NCBI GenBank assembly: GCA_045837725.1
Contig: JBEWZL010000264.1
Coordinates: 1-64,000, forward strand
Origin: Vermamoeba vermiformis
Lineage: Eukaryota
Reading direction: 5' to 3'
Length of the DNA: 64,000 nucleotides
Under the pieces are notes generated by a model that did not search any database, was not told the DNA's origin, and was given only the letters and a program-made list of their open reading frames with translations. Every line of letters starts with the position of its first letter. Position 1 is the first letter of the stretch. The position numbers and the translations under genes are program-made. Below, one piece after another: positions 1-9,765 of this stretch.

Positions 1-783
1 TTTAGTAGCTCGTCACGAATTTTTTTTCGATCAAGAAAATCGGATTTCTTATTCTCGCGCTCCAATAAAATAATTAATGCAATATAAACAATTAAATAGT
101 AATAAATAGTGGCGTAAACCACGTTTTACCATTTATTAAGGGATCTAAAGTAAATTGAAGACGGATACGCCCATCTTCAAAAGAAGTTAGTAATGGCCTA
201 AAAGCCAAGGGAAAATGGAGCTAACGAACTCCTCGAATTAAATTATGTGAAGGAATGGAGCTAACGCACTCCACTCGCTTCGATGCGACCGAACGAAGTC
301 GCAGTTGAAACGCGGACCATCGAGCCCGCGCTAGACTTACAGAGCTCCGTAAATGCCAAATTGCTGATATATGGTGCTTATGTATAAATAAGAATAAGAA
401 TAAAATTTAAAAGTTGTGAAATCCAAATTTGGCGTTTTTAGTCCTTGCGTAATAACACGAGCACAATTCATTGGCTGACCACCGTAAAGAAGTAAGTATT
501 ATTTCGCTTCGTTAAAGCGAATTTACCTTGCGCTCGACGGTGCAAGCATTACTCCGACCACGGCGATCGTGATCGGGTTGAATATTCCTCGCTGGAATAC
601 AACACGCCACTGCATGGCTAGTATTTTTTACGTGTAAGTGAGCTGTAAATATTAATATTGTAATACTCGTTAATTATCGCCCAATTTATTTAAATTATTT
701 CGCTACAATTACTCGCATCCAAAATACCTCTGCAATAAATTGTTTTATCTCTCAACGTCAAATTAACTAACTAAATTTATTTA

Positions 784-1981
784 GTGGCAGAATACATTGA
801 TTACAAGTATTTACATCGCTGGTTGTCTGCTCGCGTACTTGGGCTGAGCGTTCAGAGAATTTACCGAGGCCAAATCAGTGCACTAACAACGCAGTCGAGT
901 GGAAAAAACCTCAACTTACAGATTAAATTAGTAAGTAGACAATTATGGCGTTTGCATTGTAATTCTTCACGATAGATTTACTCGCGCGGAGAACAGCTCG
1001 CACTAATTCTTCAGGATGGTTCAGTAATACTCATTCAACTCTCTAGCGACGATGTTTTTGCGTATTGCCCTCTACACTCATTAAATAACCTAATAAATAC
1101 CAGTGTTACGATCATTTGTTTTGATGGAGTTGGGTGTGTGCTCACGTGCATCCAGGCATCTTATAATAAGCCTTGCATAACTGTGATGCCTGCATTACAA
1201 TGGAATGAACGGCTTGGACCAGATATTCGACTTGAGCATGGTTTGTTCGTGCACAAACTGGCTACATTGCTTAAAAACATGGACATGTCTTCTCATTTAA
1301 GTTTGTTTGAACTTCTTTGCTCACCTGGCTTTAATGGCTTTGGAGAACTCACTGCCAGTGAAATTCTTCAGCGCTTGGCACAATACTTTGGTAATTCAAT
1401 CCTCTTGTGCCTTGCGATAAACTTACCTATTCAACAGGAGTTCCTCCTTGGATGAATGCTTACCTTTTCCTCAGTTCCGAGTCGAACCAAAGTCTGCTCA
1501 TAAATGTTTGTATGGAGTACTTGCGCCAACTTGGTGATTTTGTGGGTCTGGACTTCAACTACCTTCAATTCTATCTTGTTGGATGGCAGCAATACGCCTC
1601 TCACTATATTCATGTATACAAGCGAACAGCTTTCGGAAACAAACCAGTACACTGTCTATCAGTGCGCACACCGGCGAGCATATTGCGATGCTTCACTACT
1701 TGTAGTTTGATAGATTTGCCATCTAATTGGTCAAATTCAGCTCTGCGAGAGGACAAAATCAATGACGGGTTTTTACAAGGGTTGCAGCTCCATGATGTTT
1801 ACGTTGGCATCACTTACACTCTTAAAATGTATGTTAATTCGAATTAGGCTTTTTAATAATTGGCTTACAGGCAACTGCAAAGTCAAATCAAAGACTTGGA
1901 TGGTGATGAGACAGAGAGTGAGAATGAAGAGGACAACTTGTCAGTCAAATCCGATGTTACAATTCGGAGAAAACTTTGTAA
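784..1981 (+). CDS. Divergent NEIL1/Fpg-Nei (H2TH) DNA glycosylase-like protein, spliced; possibly catalytically impaired
   Basis: Introns 931-975, 1391-1437 and 1829-1870 join the ORF fragments in frame. Motifs YSRGEQLALIL, WNERLGPDI, LFELLCSPGFNGFGELTASEILQRL and GVPPW align in order with NEIL1 (ARGKELRLIL, WQPGRGPCV, ICEALLDQRFFNGIGNYLRAEILYRL, KIPPF). The start is uncertain and may be a split ATG, A(491)|TG(785-786). Confidence 0.65.
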
Positions 1982-2060
1982 AAAATTTAAAAAAATGGCA
2001 CAACAATACAAGATAAATAAATTTAGTTAATCAAAGTTTATTTTATTAAGATGAGGTTTT

Positions 2061-2770
2061 GATTGAGGTTGCATCCTCCTGGACAACGACCTTCCTTGCC
2101 GAACGAGGTCGCATCCTCTTGGACAACAACCTCCCTTGTCGAACGAGGTCGCATCCTCCTGGACAACATCCTCCCTTGCCGAACAAGGTCGCATCCTCTT
2201 GGACAACAACCTCCCTTGTCAAACGAGGTCGCATCCTCCTGGACGACAACCTTCCTTGCCGAACGAGGTCGCATCCTCTTGGACAACAACCTCCCTTGTC
2301 AAACGAGGTTGCATCCTCTTGGACAACAACCTTCCTTGTCGAATGAGGTCGCATCCTCCTGGATGACAACCTTCCTTGTCGAACAAGGTTGCATCCTCCT
2401 GGACAACAACCTTCCTTGCCGAACAAGGTTGCATCCTCCTGGACGACAACCTTCCTTGCCGAACGAGGTCGCATCCTCTTGGACGACAACCTTCCTTGTC
2501 GAACGAGGTCGCATCCTCCTGGACAACAACCTCCCTTGCCGAACAAGGTCGCATCCTCTTGGACAACAACCTCCCTTGTCAAACGAGGTCACATCCTCTT
2601 GGACGACAACCTTCCTTGCCGAACGAGGTCGCATCCTCTTGGACAACAACCTCCCTTGTTGAACAAGGTTGCATCCTCTTGGACAACAACCTTCCTTGTC
2701 GAATGAGGTCGCATCCTCCTGGACGACAACCTTCCTTGTCGAACGAGGTTGCATCCTCCTGGACAACAAC
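2061..2770. repeat. Tandem array of a 40-bp unit, about 17.75 copies
   Basis: Unit GAACGAGGTCGCATCCTC(C/T)TGGAC(A/G)ACAACCT(C/T)CCTTG(C/T)C repeats in exact 40-bp register. Confidence 0.97.
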
Positions 2771-3550
2771 TTGCCGTCTAAACAAGGTGAAAGGAGGTCA
2801 CATCCCCTCAAGCGGCAAGAAAAGCCCCAGAGGGCCACTAACAACCCCATAACCCATAGGGTGGGCAACCCTAAATATATATAAAATAGGACTGAGCGTC
2901 TGCAAGCTGCTTTTCGGAGTACTCCAACTCTCCGTAACTAAAATAAATCGGTTCAGATGATGGTTACAACCCCAGTTAAAACACTTACTATTTTTTAACA
3001 AGGGCTCTCAAGTCGCTCTCAGACCCCCATGTCTCTCCAGCTACTAGGGCAAGGTAAAAAACGCACATCCAAAGGCGGGAACTTTTTGTCGGTTGGATTT
3101 TTGGATGCGGATTTTTACTCCAAAGACCGACTCTTCTCCCTATAATTAAATCTATTCTAGGCCCTGAAGCCTTTGACAGCCTCGGCTCAATTAATGAGAT
3201 TTGAGTGAGAAAAATAACAATTTTGGATTTTGAATCCTGAGGTCTTGCGTGCTCGGATAAAATTTTATCGACCAAGCCTACATAATTTTCCTTTCGTGTA
3301 ATTTTATCAGTCATTACTTACGTAAATCTTTCAAAAGTTGGTGCATGGTTGTGCGTACTTGATTTTCGGCAAAAATAACGGTACAAAAAAAGCGCACTAC
3401 TGGCCATTGGTGGGTAAGCCAAAAAAGGAAACCCTTGTCTTGGGCAAACATATTGAATATAAACACGACCATTAGAAGGTGGTTTATTTATGTAACGTAT
3501 TTTAATGCGTTAAACAGAATGCACTCAAAGAAAGCATCCAGATCCTTCGT

Positions 3551-4062
3551 TTACCATTCGTGCAATTTGTCTCCTCGGATTCTTCTGGCCAATTGCATAT
3601 CCTTTGGCATTATAGTTACTCTCTTGGCATGGATGGCTGCCAAATTGGAGAGCTCCAGCAGAGTGACGAGAAATTCCTCGGCCGATTCCTGCAAGGCGAG
3701 CATTGCATTTTTCTGGAAACGAAGATCCGTCTTAAAATCTTGGGTAATCTCTCTGACCAATCTGCAGAAAGGAGCAAAGGGCAACAGCAGGTTATAGGAC
3801 TTTTGGTACTTTCGGATCTCGCGAAGAGCAACTAAACCAAATTATTAAAAAAATTAATTCAAAATATTAGCAAATAAATGATTATAATTAAGTATTAGTT
3901 ATGCTAAATTATTTTCTTCAATATCTTACCAGTCCCGGGTCTAAATCTGTGCGGTTTTTTAGCGGATCCCTGCGGAATTTTACTGCGCTTCTTCGGCGCA
4001 TTGTTCTTACGTGGAGCCTTGCCTCCCGTGCTTTTTCTTGCGTGTTGTTTCGTTCGTGCCAT
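3551..4062 (-). CDS. H3: Divergent histone H3 variant (2 exons: 4062-3930, 3831-3551)
   Basis: Translation [56 protein letters not shown]...[10 protein letters not shown]...[33 protein letters not shown]...TAG intron at 3929-3832. Confidence 0.96.
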
Positions 4063-4115
4063 ATTATTACATGTATTAAACCGAGTTTTTGGTTAGTTTA
4101 TTTTTTGACCAGATC

Positions 4116-5166
4116 ATGGAACACAAAATATTTTAGGTAAGCATTAATAGAACTTTATTTATTAATAATAATATTTCAATATAATTATTAGCAAGTGGGC
4201 AACCCAGATTTATTCGATTATTTTTACCTGGATGCAGCCCGGCAAGAATTTTTGCTCACTATCAACGGTGCTGCTAGAATCCTTGGCAAAACTAAGTTTG
4301 CATGGATGAAAGCAGCGAAGAAAGGTAATAAAATTAATTTTAAAATATTATTTATTTCTGATCTGATCATTAACCAGATCCCGAGTACGCCAGCATTGTC
4401 GTGGAGAATGTTGCCATTGATTGGTTTGAGGGGGAAAGGGTTGACGGCAATGCTTTGCGTGCCAAGTGGATCAACTTGCAAGGGTTGAACAAACTCGTTC
4501 CCCTGTACATACGAAACAAAAACTTGAATGCCGTGTGCAGTGTGTTGACGTAAGTATTGTTATTCTTTATTTTAACTTATCCACAATTTTTAGTGAGCAA
4601 CTCTTCACCTTGGGACTTGAAAATGTTCTCCAAGTCCAAATAGACACCGAGAGCAATCGAGTAAAGGTAAGTCGTATCATGCATTAAATATCCATTTATT
4701 AACTTTTGTACAGTTTTCACTGGTTGACGACCTTTCCAAAGCCTATGCTCCCTATCTGAGGCCTCCTACTGAAGTTGAGCTGCTTCCAGATGGAGTGGAA
4801 GTGCTCAATTTGGTTGCCAAACACGTTGACGAGCTCACGGATAACTGGCTGGCTGAACAGTACCTAACAGCTGACGATAAGGCTTTGCTGGATAAAGCCC
4901 CTGATTTGCCTTTCGATGATAGGTGCCGTCAGCGGTTGCGCAATACCATTGCCAACCTCTTTGCCTCCTTCTCTGAGGAGGAACGAAGACTCAGAACCTT
5001 GCGAGCAAGCGACACCGAAGATGATGAAGAGGATGAGGAATCAGAAGAGGAAGAAGAAGAGGAGGACGATGACGAAGACTACGGTGAGAGCAATGACCAT
5101 TCCAGCTCCTCGGTGGAGGAGAAGTCAAACGATGAGTCTTCTGTTGACTCTATGGATATTGATTAA
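4116..5166 (+). pseudogene. Spliced gene for a Bro-N-like DNA-binding protein with a long acidic (D/E) tail; in-frame TAG at the end of putative exon 1
   Basis: Exons joined via GT-AG introns give ...FLLTINGAARILGK...KWINLQGLNKLV... (Bro-N-like pattern) and a C-terminal EDDEEDEESEEEEEEEDDDED tract. ATG 4116 reads MEHKIF, then TAG (4134-4136) directly before the GTAAGC donor. Confidence 0.5.
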
Positions 5167-6582
5167 GTATGAAATATAAAGCGTCTTTTCTTAATTTAGC
5201 TTACCAATTATCATCTTGGAAATGCAACGAACAGCTTGCTTTTGCGAATTGCCACCTGAATAACGCTTTTCAACTTCCACCACCGATCTTTGCTCATTGT
5301 GGGCAATCAATTTAAGATATGCTCTTGATATATTTAGTAATGCATATTGGTGAATAGAGAGTTACTTACCAGTTGTTATTCCGCCAAATCCAACGATCCC
5401 GTATCTCGAATCGAAAACTTTTTTGCTTTTACGGCCTTAATTGATGTTTGCTATTAATAAAAGTAATTAAAATATTATAGGGATATATTTTAATACGTCT
5501 GCAACTTCAACAATTGCAGATTTGACCCGGATCAAAAAATTGATCAGGCCCAAAAATTGATAGAAAATCGATATTATTATTTTTTTAACGTGTAATATGT
5601 TATTTTTATGCTATTCTAATATAATTTATATGAAATTAATCATTAAAAGACTTACCAGTCGCAAAATCCAAAAAAAAAAATTAAATCTGGCTTGCATTGG
5701 AAAAAAAGTTTTTCTAGTCTGCTGCTAGGTTGTTTAATCTCGTGGTAAATTACACCCCACAAGATTTTGACCCTTTGTGTCCCTCTGTTGCGGCTGCATT
5801 GGATCCCGGGATAGAAATACTAACGGCCACAGGTGAAAATCCTCCCAAAAACCGTGAGGGAGGATTTTACTGGAACGCACTTTTCTCGGTTCGGTGGTTT
5901 CCAGTATTAAAAGTAATTACATAGTGATGATCAGCGACATTTACTCTATAACATCAATTGTTTTGAGGCCAATTGGTAAGTGTTTTTAATAAATTTTTAT
6001 TCGGTTGCACAAATTCGTTTCTAAATCTGGCAACGCTGGATCAAAGATTAAAAACCTTCAAATTTAACGCTTTTTTTCGCTTCATTATATTATATTGACA
6101 GTAATTAATACTATTATGCTTCTCCCATCACCATTCATTGCCTACTAACATGTGGGCAATGAAGCAGATCCTGAATCCGAAAATTTTTGGCTTAATAATG
6201 ACTTAGTACAGTTACTAATACGGTGAATATCTATTAAACAGACTGCTTTTTGCATCGGCAACGTGATTATTCGTTTTTGCTCGGGCGTACGTACTTTGAA
6301 CTTTCTCATCCCGAATCTGCAACCAAACTCTCTATCAAAAAATTGGTAACACTTCAATATTTATTCCCATTGCATTTCTGATCATTATTTTGCATTCAGG
6401 CAAGTCTAAAACTTTTTTGCCCCGAATCCCAAGTTGTAACCACAGGTTTAAAACTTTAAAGTATCAAACAGATAGCTTTCAATGAAAGCAATGCGATTAA
6501 TGTATTATTTAACTTTGCTCAATAGGTCTACACAAGTTTCCAAAGCTTTCATTTTTTGTTATTCCCAAAACGTAGCAACACA

Positions 6583-7221
6583 ATGGACCATCGCCTAAAG
6601 CTCTTCTCAAATATGTAAGTGCTTGAATTATCTAATTGTACATTATTTAATGCATAATACAGCCTGCCCAGAGACCCTGGTGCACCTCGCATACTGCTTG
6701 GACCCCGCCGTGCATCCACGACCGACGATACACCCTCCGCACCCAGCAAGCGCCGCAAGTACGAGCAGGTAGTAGGTGCTCCTCTTTACCCACCTTCTTA
6801 ACAGATCTTTTCATAGCCTTTGTTGCCGATCATTCCAAGCCAGGTAATCCTCCCCAGGATTGCCTTGCTATGGAGTCAGTCGTTTGATTCTTCACCTGGT
6901 GGGTGCCAATGGAGCTTTGGATCACTAAGACTTGTCAGCCGCAATTGCAAACATATCTGCGACGAATACTTGTTGGATCGAGCTGCTTCACTGGGATCCG
7001 TTACTGGAATGGTCAAGCTCTCTGGCCTGCGCTTTCTGCCCACCAACAATACCTGTCGCTTGGCTGCTGCTCAAGGGCACTTGGAATGCTTGGTCTTTGC
7101 CTACTGCAACCTTTATGTTCCCTTGGAAGATGCATTGAGCATTGCTCAGTCATCAGGCTTTGTCCACATCCTTGCTTATGCCAAGAAAGCTGCATGGCCA
7201 GTACCCAAGAAACTACAATAG
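6583..7221 (+). CDS. Small F-box-like plus ankyrin-like repeat protein with an NLS-like motif
   Basis: Spliced ORF with PSKRRK, an F-box-like LPIIPSQVILPRI...SLRLVSRNCKHIC, and ankyrin-like TCRLAAAQGHLECLVFAY and ALSIAQSSGFVHILAYA. Confidence 0.55.
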
Positions 7222-7342
7222 TCATTATTCTGTTAATGCTTAGTAGCACACACACAGAGACGTAATGCAGCCAAAATGCAATAAACAGGTTTCTTTCATC
7301 GAGTGCAGCCTGTTTGATACACTTTCAGCCCATCCAAGCAGC

Positions 7343-7527
7343 AGGGCATCCTCCAGAGATGATGCCTTGTGTATTCACTGGTCCTTGTGGGGGAGGGCGT
7401 CCGCCATGGAGGACGCCCTATGTACGTGTTTGTCTCAGTGGGGGAGGGCGTCCTCCATGGAGGACGCCCTATCTACTTACCCGTGCCGGTCTGAGTTGGG
7501 GAGGGCGTCCTCCATGGAGGACGCCCT
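7343..7527. repeat. Four spaced copies of the 26-bp palindrome AGGGCGTCCTCCATGGAGGACGCCCT
   Basis: Copies at 7343 (degenerate), 7394 (one mismatch), 7445 and 7502 (both perfect). Periods are 51, 51 and 57 bp. Confidence 0.93.
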
Positions 7528-7779
7528 ATGTACGTGCCCAACTGACCTCAAAACTCCCAGCCCTAGCCCTATTACCAGTATAATTAATGTGAATTAATGT
7601 GAATGACTGCGGATTGCTGTGAAATTGGGTACAATTTTTGTACTAGGTGGTGTGAATGGCAAGGGTTAGTTTCTAGGGTTAATAACTGGATGGAAGGCTT
7701 CACAAAAAATCTTGTCAAAACAGGGTCAAACTTAGTCAAATGAGCTAACATGGGGTGTTACGGAATTTAATACCCTTAA

Positions 7780-9740
7780 AATGTGATAGTGATGGCATAA
7801 GAGACTTTTATCCAATGATACATAGATAAATAAATCAATAAATATTCATTCAGGCAAATCTTCAGGCTTGAAGACCCAGACAACAAAGTTAGGATTGAAT
7901 CTGGGCAAAGTAAATATTAATACTGAGCAGTAGTGGTTAAAATAATAAATTGGTACTTACGTGTGCTGTTGCAGTCATAAACAAATGGAAAATACAGTGT
8001 GACCAAGTTCTGACATAATGTCAGAATGTCAGAAAGGAATTTCTGACACTGCGCTTTACATGGGCTCGCTCCGCTCACCTGTGGACCCTGCTAATAAAAT
8101 TAGTGAGAAAACTGATGAGCATTAACAGGTATGACCATTACCTGGCATAATTGCAATTGAGGTCATGAGTGTTAGGGAAATCTGCAGGTGAAAAGTATGT
8201 CACCTTTTCCCTAAAGCTATATTAATAATTGTATATGACTAGTCAAAAATAAAAATTGTTTTTCAAAACATAGGCTTTGTTCAAAACCATGTAATTTTCC
8301 AGACTTTAGGTCTATAAGGCTTAAATTAGTTAAGCCTAACTATATATAAAATGATAACAAGAGTTGTACTGAAATATTGTTTCTTTAATATTGTTGATTA
8401 GTTGAGTGTGCTCTGATAGTGGGTAAACAAAGCCCCTATCCTTTGTTATGAAATGGAAAAAGAATTGAACTAGCCCAAAGACTCACTTCTCTACTAATTG
8501 CCTGCCAGTAAATGGTTAAAATAAAAAAATGCCAAAGTGCTAACTTACATATTCATGATATTAATGTTGCAAATAGTCTTATTGCTGAAGTAGAACAACA
8601 ATCCCTGGAGCTATCATGGGAAGGAATTCCACCACCTTCTCATCCAGCATTGATCTCAAAGTTGGACAATATGAGGTTTGTGTCGCTCAATGGCATCATG
8701 CCTTCCATACCCAGTTCTTGTGCATCCAAATGCACCACTGTCAATAATATTGGCTTTGGCTTTGCTCTGTAATCAGACAAAACCAAGTTGGCTTGGTTGG
8801 TGTTGACCTGCAAGATCCAAAATAGCAGGTTCTTCAAGATGTATATGGTTGAGTAATACCTATTGGCCATATAATAGTGTCCTAAGCTAGGGTTACCAGG
8901 GAGGATTTGGCAAGTGCACTTATAATTATGTTGCTTGCTAGAAGTGGGTTTGAATCATGGTGGCAACAAATCACTAGTACTGGGCTTCAAACCTGTGCCA
9001 ATCTCAAACATTTGTTGTTCCTTTCCCAATTGGGATCAGATTTTGGCAAAAAGCTCTAAATTGGTTTCTAATGTTAATGCTGTGAAAATACCCAACTCAC
9101 CTCTTGTGCATTTTACATCATGCGGTTGATTTCTAGCATAAGAATTTACCTCAGCATGCTCCTTGTTCTAATAAGTTTGTATTACTAATAAGGCACCATT
9201 ACAACATGAGTGGGCACCATTACCATTGTCTGGAAGTATGCATTCTTCATATAAATTTGCATATAACCCAGTTATTTTTAAGGGCATCAAACCAAACATT
9301 AAAATTTCTTCTCAATAACAAATTAATGAGTGAGGCAAATGCAGCAAAGTGGCTGCTACAAGATGGTCTTCATTGAAGGGCTGTCAAGACAAAAAGAAGA
9401 AAAAATCCATGTTTTCAACACAATGATAGTGCATAGGGATGAGGATGCTGCAACTGGCTCATTTTGATCTATTATTTGTTTGTCAACACATTGAAAGGGT
9501 CAAAGTCCATGCAGTTTGACCTGTAATCCTGGAATTAAAGTGAGTATTTGTGAGATTTAATTTTGGTGCAGTTGTTGCAAGCCTGTTAGAATGTAAAAAA
9601 TATAGTTTTCAATGATCTGGGGGACAGATTTCATAATATTAGGATCACATGCTGTACTGCAAAGCTAAACAGATAATAATTGCATCATGTGGTGCAAACA
9701 AAGATTGCAGACTACAATCAAACAAGAAAGGCATAACAAT
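7780..9740 (-). pseudogene. Decayed, CpG-depleted sequence with minus-strand splice signals; original product unidentified
   Basis: Only 2 CpG counted in 8101-9780. Interrupted reading frames carry TGA stops consistent with CGA>TGA. GTAAG donors occur on the minus strand (for example ~7960 and ~8548). Confidence 0.4.
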
Positions 9741-9765
9741 GAGAACATCAGTTTTACAAAACAAT

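Noticed and set aside
2061-2770. CRISPR array
   Set aside because: The units are contiguous with no unique spacers, the context is eukaryotic and no cas genes are present.
2027-2884. Many overlapping ORFs (up to 199 aa) on both strands
   Set aside because: Artefacts of the 40-bp tandem repeat, whose unit is not a multiple of 3, so the same peptides cycle through all frames.
3551-4062. CenH3/CENP-A
   Set aside because: Near-canonical first 18 residues, no loop-1 extension, and F84 and T118 retained; only the Q68 change fits.
5190-5700. Possible small spliced minus-strand gene (donors near 5369 and 5655)
   Set aside because: I could not assemble a convincing ORF or recognise a product.
7343-7527. 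CRISPR array
   Set aside because: Spacers are short and mutually related, there are only 4 units, and no cas genes are present; kept as a palindromic repeat.
7555-7685. Telomere-like CCCTA/TAGGG words (also near 2845-2875)
   Set aside because: Too few and too degenerate to call an interstitial telomeric repeat or an element end.
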